Program-made: the position numbers and the translations under genes
Notes under the pieces: generated by a model
Database searches by the model: none
What the model was told of the DNA's origin: nothing
Seen by the model: the letters and a program-made list of their open reading frames with translations, nothing else
Part shown: positions 59,451 to 64,000 of the stretch, piece after piece
Layout of the letters: the number at the start of each line of letters is the position of its first letter
Position numbering within the stretch: position 1 is the first letter of the stretch
Assembly (NCBI GenBank): GCA_048886685.1
Contig: JBHLKM010000012.1
Location: 81,676 to 145,675, forward strand
Length of the DNA: 64,000 bases
Direction of reading: 5' to 3'
From: Candidatus Hodarchaeota archaeon
GTDB taxonomy: Archaea > Asgardarchaeota > Lokiarchaeia > Sigyniarchaeales > SOKP01

Positions 59451-61661
59451 ATGACAGCAATAGAAATTTTTTATACTATTTTACTAAATACTCTCCCAAT
59501 AATCATTTTGATTATACCATTGTTTTTTATTTGGAAGAAAACTATAGGAAAATTATATTTTAGAATTGTTGGAGGAATCATTATATTTTTTCTAATATAT
59601 TGGATCCTTCCAATAATATTTCAAATAGGAGAGACTCCTGATGAGTTAACTGTGCCGTCGGCAGATGTAGGAAATGTCGCTTATGGGATTGGGTATATTT
59701 TTGCACATTTCGGTTCACTAATTTCGCTATTCTTTTCTTATCCTCTAATAACACTTCCTTTTATATTTTTTACTGCCCCATTTATTTCTTTACTAATTTC
59801 ATGGAATAAATTGAGAAAAGAAGAAGGCTCAACAAAAACTAAATTGGAGGAATTAAGTTACCAATTCAATGAAAGCCCAATAGAACGAACAAAAAAAGAG
59901 TTGTTAAGAAATAATTGGAGAAGAGAGAAACAAATCCTTAAATTAATGATTGTACTTTTACCGATATCGCTCTACCTTTTACAAGTAATATTAGAAATTT
60001 CCAACTTACAAGATGAATCTGTAACGACTGGCGAAACAGCCTTAGGATGGTTTCTTGAAATCTTATTTGTTTACTTAGCAACTTTTATCTTTAGCATAGA
60101 AATCTTATCTTCTAGCCAGATAGCATTGAAAGGTCAATACTTTGGTGAAAAAATTAGAGAACAAACTTATAAAAGCTTGTATACAATTGGGGCTCCGATG
60201 TCGATATTTTCAATTATCTTATTTATATTACAATATGAAACATCAATTGGGATTATAATTTACTTCTTTGCTTATTTTATAATGGCTTCAGTAATTTTCA
60301 TCTTATTTATTGATATCTTTGAACCAATTTCTATTTTTCTATTTGTTAAATTAATAAATTGGTGGAAAAATAGAAAAAAGCAGAAAGCTGATCGTACAAA
60401 TTTCTATTATATGCTAATTTTTGGAGCTCTTGCAGTAGTTATTTATTTAATATTAAATTTGATTCTAACTAATTTTGGATACTCCTCTCTTTTTGGAGAA
60501 CCAGGTTCAATTGAAGAGGATTTAATATATGAAGCTGGGGAGTATATAACATCAGATCCTACATTTTATCGCGCTTTACAATATGATTTAATTATTATTT
60601 ATGGGATTTTAACAACAGAGATTGTTTCAACAATAATTTTGACATTATTTCTGGTATACGGATTAAAATATTTACAAAGTATTGGATTAGGCATTATCGC
60701 CTATCTACCATTTATAATAGTGCTTTCTCTTTTACTTGGGAGCACTGTAAACTATTGGTTAACAGGGAAAGTTAGTTATACTGAAATTTTCGGAACTGGT
60801 TTTTATACATTAAGAACAGCAAGTTTAACGGCAAAATTACCCGGGTTTTTAAATGGATTAGCGGCACCTTATCTGTATACTCGTTATATCTTCAATGTTA
60901 TCATATGGGGATTATTCGTTTTTTATTTTAAAAAATCTTTCAAAACTAAGAATATACCAATTGGCGAAGAATTAATCAAGAAAATTGTCTTTTCTAACAT
61001 CTCTGATTTCTTATCATTTAATACTTATGCCAAAGGAGATGTATCTTATTTAATTTCCAAAGAAAAGCAGATTGAAATTAAGCAAATAGAACAAGAGCGC
61101 GAAGAAATAAAAAATCTCTTAAATAACTTAGAAAATGATAAATTATTGGAAGAATTGAAACCAGAAAATGAAAATGAGAAACGTAGATTCTATTTTACTT
61201 TAAGATATCTTTATCAAAACAACTTGATCAATATATGGAAGCCAGAATTGAGTTATCTTTATGAAAAAGCAGAAAAACAGGGTCTTTACGTTATTTATGA
61301 TGATGGGCGGGGAGTCTTTAATTATGCTTTTCGAAGTGATGAAATACAAGACCCAGGTTTAGTATCTGGTATGTTTTCTGCAATTACCTCATTTGTAAAA
61401 GAAATGACTAAATCTACAGAGGCCTTGAAAAAAATTGACCATGGAGATATCACCATTCTTTTAGAGTATGGTAATAAAATATTCGGAGCACTTTTTATAA
61501 AAGGAACTCAGAGTTCTGAAGTAAGAATACCCCTGAAAGAATTTGTTCAAAAATTTGAGCAGAAATACGGAGATGTATTAAAAGATTGGACTGGATCACT
61601 TACTCCTTTTAAAGCCGATGAAAACAACAAACTTGTAGAAGATATTTTTAAAGAAGACTAA
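59451..61661 (+). CDS. polytopic membrane protein with C-terminal longin-like domain
   Basis: About 11-12 TM segments followed by GLYVIYDDGRGVF...DPGLVSGMFSAITSFVKEM...IDHGDITILLEYG...FVQKFEQKY. Confidence 0.75.
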   Translation: MTAIEIFYTILLNTLPIIILIIPLFFIWKKTIGKLYFRIVGGIIIFFLIYWILPIIFQIGETPDELTVPSADVGNVAYGIGYIFAHFGSLISLFFSYPLITLPFIFFTAPFISLLISWNKLRKEEGSTKTKLEELSYQFNESPIERTKKELLRNNWRREKQILKLMIVLLPISLYLLQVILEISNLQDESVTTGETALGWFLEILFVYLATFIFSIEILSSSQIALKGQYFGEKIREQTYKSLYTIGAPMSIFSIILFILQYETSIGIIIYFFAYFIMASVIFILFIDIFEPISIFLFVKLINWWKNRKKQKADRTNFYYMLIFGALAVVIYLILNLILTNFGYSSLFGEPGSIEEDLIYEAGEYITSDPTFYRALQYDLIIIYGILTTEIVSTIILTLFLVYGLKYLQSIGLGIIAYLPFIIVLSLLLGSTVNYWLTGKVSYTEIFGTGFYTLRTASLTAKLPGFLNGLAAPYLYTRYIFNVIIWGLFVFYFKKSFKTKNIPIGEELIKKIVFSNISDFLSFNTYAKGDVSYLISKEKQIEIKQIEQEREEIKNLLNNLENDKLLEELKPENENEKRRFYFTLRYLYQNNLINIWKPELSYLYEKAEKQGLYVIYDDGRGVFNYAFRSDEIQDPGLVSGMFSAITSFVKEMTKSTEALKKIDHGDITILLEYGNKIFGALFIKGTQSSEVRIPLKEFVQKFEQKYGDVLKDWTGSLTPFKADENNKLVEDIFKED

Positions 61662-61663
61662 TC

Positions 61664-61671
61664 TTTTTTTT
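61664..61671 (+). terminator. oligo-T terminator
   Basis: T8 directly after the stop of 59451..61661, between convergent genes. Confidence 0.45.
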
Positions 61672-61675
61672 AATT

Positions 61676-62500
61676 TTATTCTGGGATAGTTGCAACAGCG
61701 CGAACCCACCCTGCGCTAGCTCTTGCTATTTTTATTGGAAAACAATAAATTGTTGCACCAACCGGAGGAACTTTATCTAAGTTAGAAAGTTTTTCTATTT
61801 GAAAGTATCCTAGTTCAATGCCAGCGAAATGACCTTCCCAAATAATAGAAGGATTTGGATTTTTAGCTTTAACTGATTCTGTCCATTTCTGAGCAGTAAT
61901 ACTAAAAGGGGCATCCCAACTCCATGCATCAGTCCCTACAACATGGACACCCTGTCTAATGATATGTAAGGTCGCATCTCTTCCTACTCCGGCTCCTCGA
62001 TTGATATATTCTTTCGTCCCAGCATATTTAGATGCATTTGTGTAAATGCATAAGATATCTCCTTCTTGTAATTTGTGGTGAATGCCTTCTAATTTCTTAT
62101 CGATATCTTCAGCTGTCATTACGTGACCATCCTCAAAATCAGTACAATCCAAAACAATAAGTGGGCCAATACCCCATTCTAAAGGAAATTCATCAATTGT
62201 CATTGCTTTTCTCTGCTCTGTTTCTCTGTCCTGGATCGGGGAAAAGTGCCATGGAGCATCCATATGAGTCCCGTTATGAGTGGTTATTGTTATTATTTCA
62301 CTTGCCCATCCCTTTCCATCTGGTAGGTGTTCTTCTGGATTCAATTCAGGAAAAACTAAAGCCATCTGTTTCCCACCCGATTCGTGATCACTATATACGA
62401 TTTTAAGACGACTATAAGGTGGATCAAAAATTAATTCCTTAGGATTAATTAATGGAATTGATAAATCTATAAACTTCATATTAAATTTTAATGATATCAT
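61676..62500 (-). CDS. cyclase family metallohydrolase (kynurenine formamidase-like)
   Basis: IDLSIPL, HNGTHMDAPWH, VGTDAWSWD, IEKL.NL, VRAVA. Confidence 0.9.
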   Translation of the reverse strand: MISLKFNMKFIDLSIPLINPKELIFDPPYSRLKIVYSDHESGGKQMALVFPELNPEEHLPDGKGWASEIITITTHNGTHMDAPWHFSPIQDRETEQRKAMTIDEFPLEWGIGPLIVLDCTDFEDGHVMTAEDIDKKLEGIHHKLQEGDILCIYTNASKYAGTKEYINRGAGVGRDATLHIIRQGVHVVGTDAWSWDAPFSITAQKWTESVKAKNPNPSIIWEGHFAGIELGYFQIEKLSNLDKVPPVGATIYCFPIKIARASAGWVRAVATIPE

Positions 62501-62555
62501 TTAATTTAAATTTAAATAATAATCATATTCTAAGAACATAAGACTTCGGTATCAT

Positions 62556-63416
62556 TCATAGATTTAATAAATTAACTGCATTCAATCCCAAAATTTTATC
62601 AATTTCCTCTCTTGTTAAAAAATCAATATTTTCATAATAATTCACAGCTATTTCTATCATTTCAGGGCTATTACCATCTGAACCATATAGGATTTTATTT
62701 ACTCCAATAATTTCTTTTGCTTGAATTAGTAAATCTTTTAAACGAGAAGGCATCATATAAGTTAAATTGCTTAAATCTAAATAGACATTAGGATATTGAG
62801 CTGCTAATGCAATAGCGATGTCAGTGAAAGGATATCCCATATGAGTGATTATTATATTGACTTTTGTAAATGAACCAGCAAATTCGTCAATATAAATTGG
62901 ATTTGAGTAAGTCAATACATTTTTTGTCGTTCCAGGAGGAGGATAGCCACAATGCATAACAATGGGGACCTTAAATTGTTGAGCTGCCTCCAATACGGGA
63001 TAAATTAATTGATCATTAAGCCTTTTTTTTCTAAATGTAAGCATTATTTTAAATCCTTTATATCCTTCCTCGGTAATTGCTTTTCTTATTTCTTCTTTAA
63101 CATCAATAGTGCTATAAGATTTTTCTGGAGGATTATAGAAAGGGATGAAAAAATCAGGAGAATATTCAACCCATTTTTTTACGTCTTGATTCTCCTTCAT
63201 ATTTACTGGTAATAATACAGCTTTGTCAATTTTTGCGTTCCTAAAATGGAACATTGCTTTTTCCATTATATTGGAAGTATTGATGGTTTTTACCTTTTCA
63301 AGCTTCTTCACCATTCTTTCATAAAATCCGTATCCTTTAAAATTTATTGAGCCGGTTTCTACTACTTTTCTTGTATTCATTGATTGAAAAAGATGACAAT
63401 GAAAATCAATTTTCAA
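62556..63416 (-). CDS. amidohydrolase_2 family metallohydrolase
   Basis: IDFHCH, MHCG, THMG, LYGSD, ILGLNA. Confidence 0.9.
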   Translation of the reverse strand: MKIDFHCHLFQSMNTRKVVETGSINFKGYGFYERMVKKLEKVKTINTSNIMEKAMFHFRNAKIDKAVLLPVNMKENQDVKKWVEYSPDFFIPFYNPPEKSYSTIDVKEEIRKAITEEGYKGFKIMLTFRKKRLNDQLIYPVLEAAQQFKVPIVMHCGYPPPGTTKNVLTYSNPIYIDEFAGSFTKVNIIITHMGYPFTDIAIALAAQYPNVYLDLSNLTYMMPSRLKDLLIQAKEIIGVNKILYGSDGNSPEMIEIAVNYYENIDFLTREEIDKILGLNAVNLLNL

Positions 63417-63518
63417 ATTCTCTCACTAAATCAGCTATTATACAATGATTAAACTCATGATTAATTCAATTAGAATTTTATGAAAAACGAATTAGAGTAT
63501 AGATATCTTAATTAATAG

Positions 63519-63980
63519 TTAATCCTTGAAAATAGTACTAATACGATCTTCCATACTAAATCTTAGATCACCGAGGATCTCATCAATTACTGGTTCAAAT
63601 ACTTTAAAGTGTTTAGAGGTTTTCATAGAAACGTCATTAAGATTAAAATGTTTGAGAAAACGAGTTGTTATTTCCTGTAAATGCTTTTTTACAAAATTAT
63701 GATTTGTTCCTTTTTCGATAATGGCAAAAGTTAATAATGGGAGAGATTCATCAGTTTTCTTACTTGCTATGTGAACCATTTCATAATAACATATAATTTC
63801 AAAATTCGAAAGTGATATTACGTTAATCTCATCACCAAATACCTCACTTATGAATTCTTCTATTCCAACTAAAAGTCGGGCACGGATTTCTGGATTTAAT
63901 ATATTATCTGAAGATGAATAATATTTATTTTCAACTAAAGATTTCATGCCTAAGTTAATACCGAGTTCTAAAATAGCCAT
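63519..63980 (-). CDS. longin-like domain protein
   Basis: PEIRARLLVGIEEFISEVFGDEI helix and overall layout similar to 24455..24919. Confidence 0.5.
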   Translation of the reverse strand: MAILELGINLGMKSLVENKYYSSSDNILNPEIRARLLVGIEEFISEVFGDEINVISLSNFEIICYYEMVHIASKKTDESLPLLTFAIIEKGTNHNFVKKHLQEITTRFLKHFNLNDVSMKTSKHFKVFEPVIDEILGDLRFSMEDRISTIFKD

Positions 63981-64000
63981 ATCTCAAGATATAAACTACA

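Noticed and set aside
1-64000. CRISPR arrays, tRNA/rRNA genes, transposases
   Set aside because: No regularly spaced repeats, GC-rich structured RNA islands or transposase motifs seen by eye. A covariance-model scan would be needed to exclude small RNAs.

Overview
AT-rich, gene-dense archaeal window that reads as an Asgard archaeon, most likely Lokiarchaeia. The basis is six Rab/Ras-like small GTPases, a Loki-type profilin, several longin-like and V4R proteins, archaeal TBP, Cdc48, PSTK, deoxyhypusine synthase and a TAT-less reductive dehalogenase. It holds three aminoacyl-tRNA synthetases (cysS, ileS, argS). It also holds an approximately 18 kb anaerobic catabolic block (acyl-CoA ligase, RdhA, duplicated VAO/GlcD-GlcF pairs, 2-hydroxyacyl-CoA dehydratase/benzoyl-CoA-reductase-type subunits plus activase, corrinoid protein plus MT2 methyltransferase, QueG-like protein) and a membrane/surface protein cluster. 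I found no rRNA, tRNA, CRISPR array or transposase. The most striking unannotated element lies upstream of ileS on the minus strand: a short ORF ending in Ile-rich codons (MDKNTNFLKSNLNMITIASAIIIR*), followed by a 10-bp stem with competing pairings and a U7 tract. This is the architecture of a ribosome-dependent, amino-acid-sensing attenuator, a mechanism classic in bacteria but to my knowledge barely documented in archaea. All calls come from motif recognition by eye; no database searches were run.
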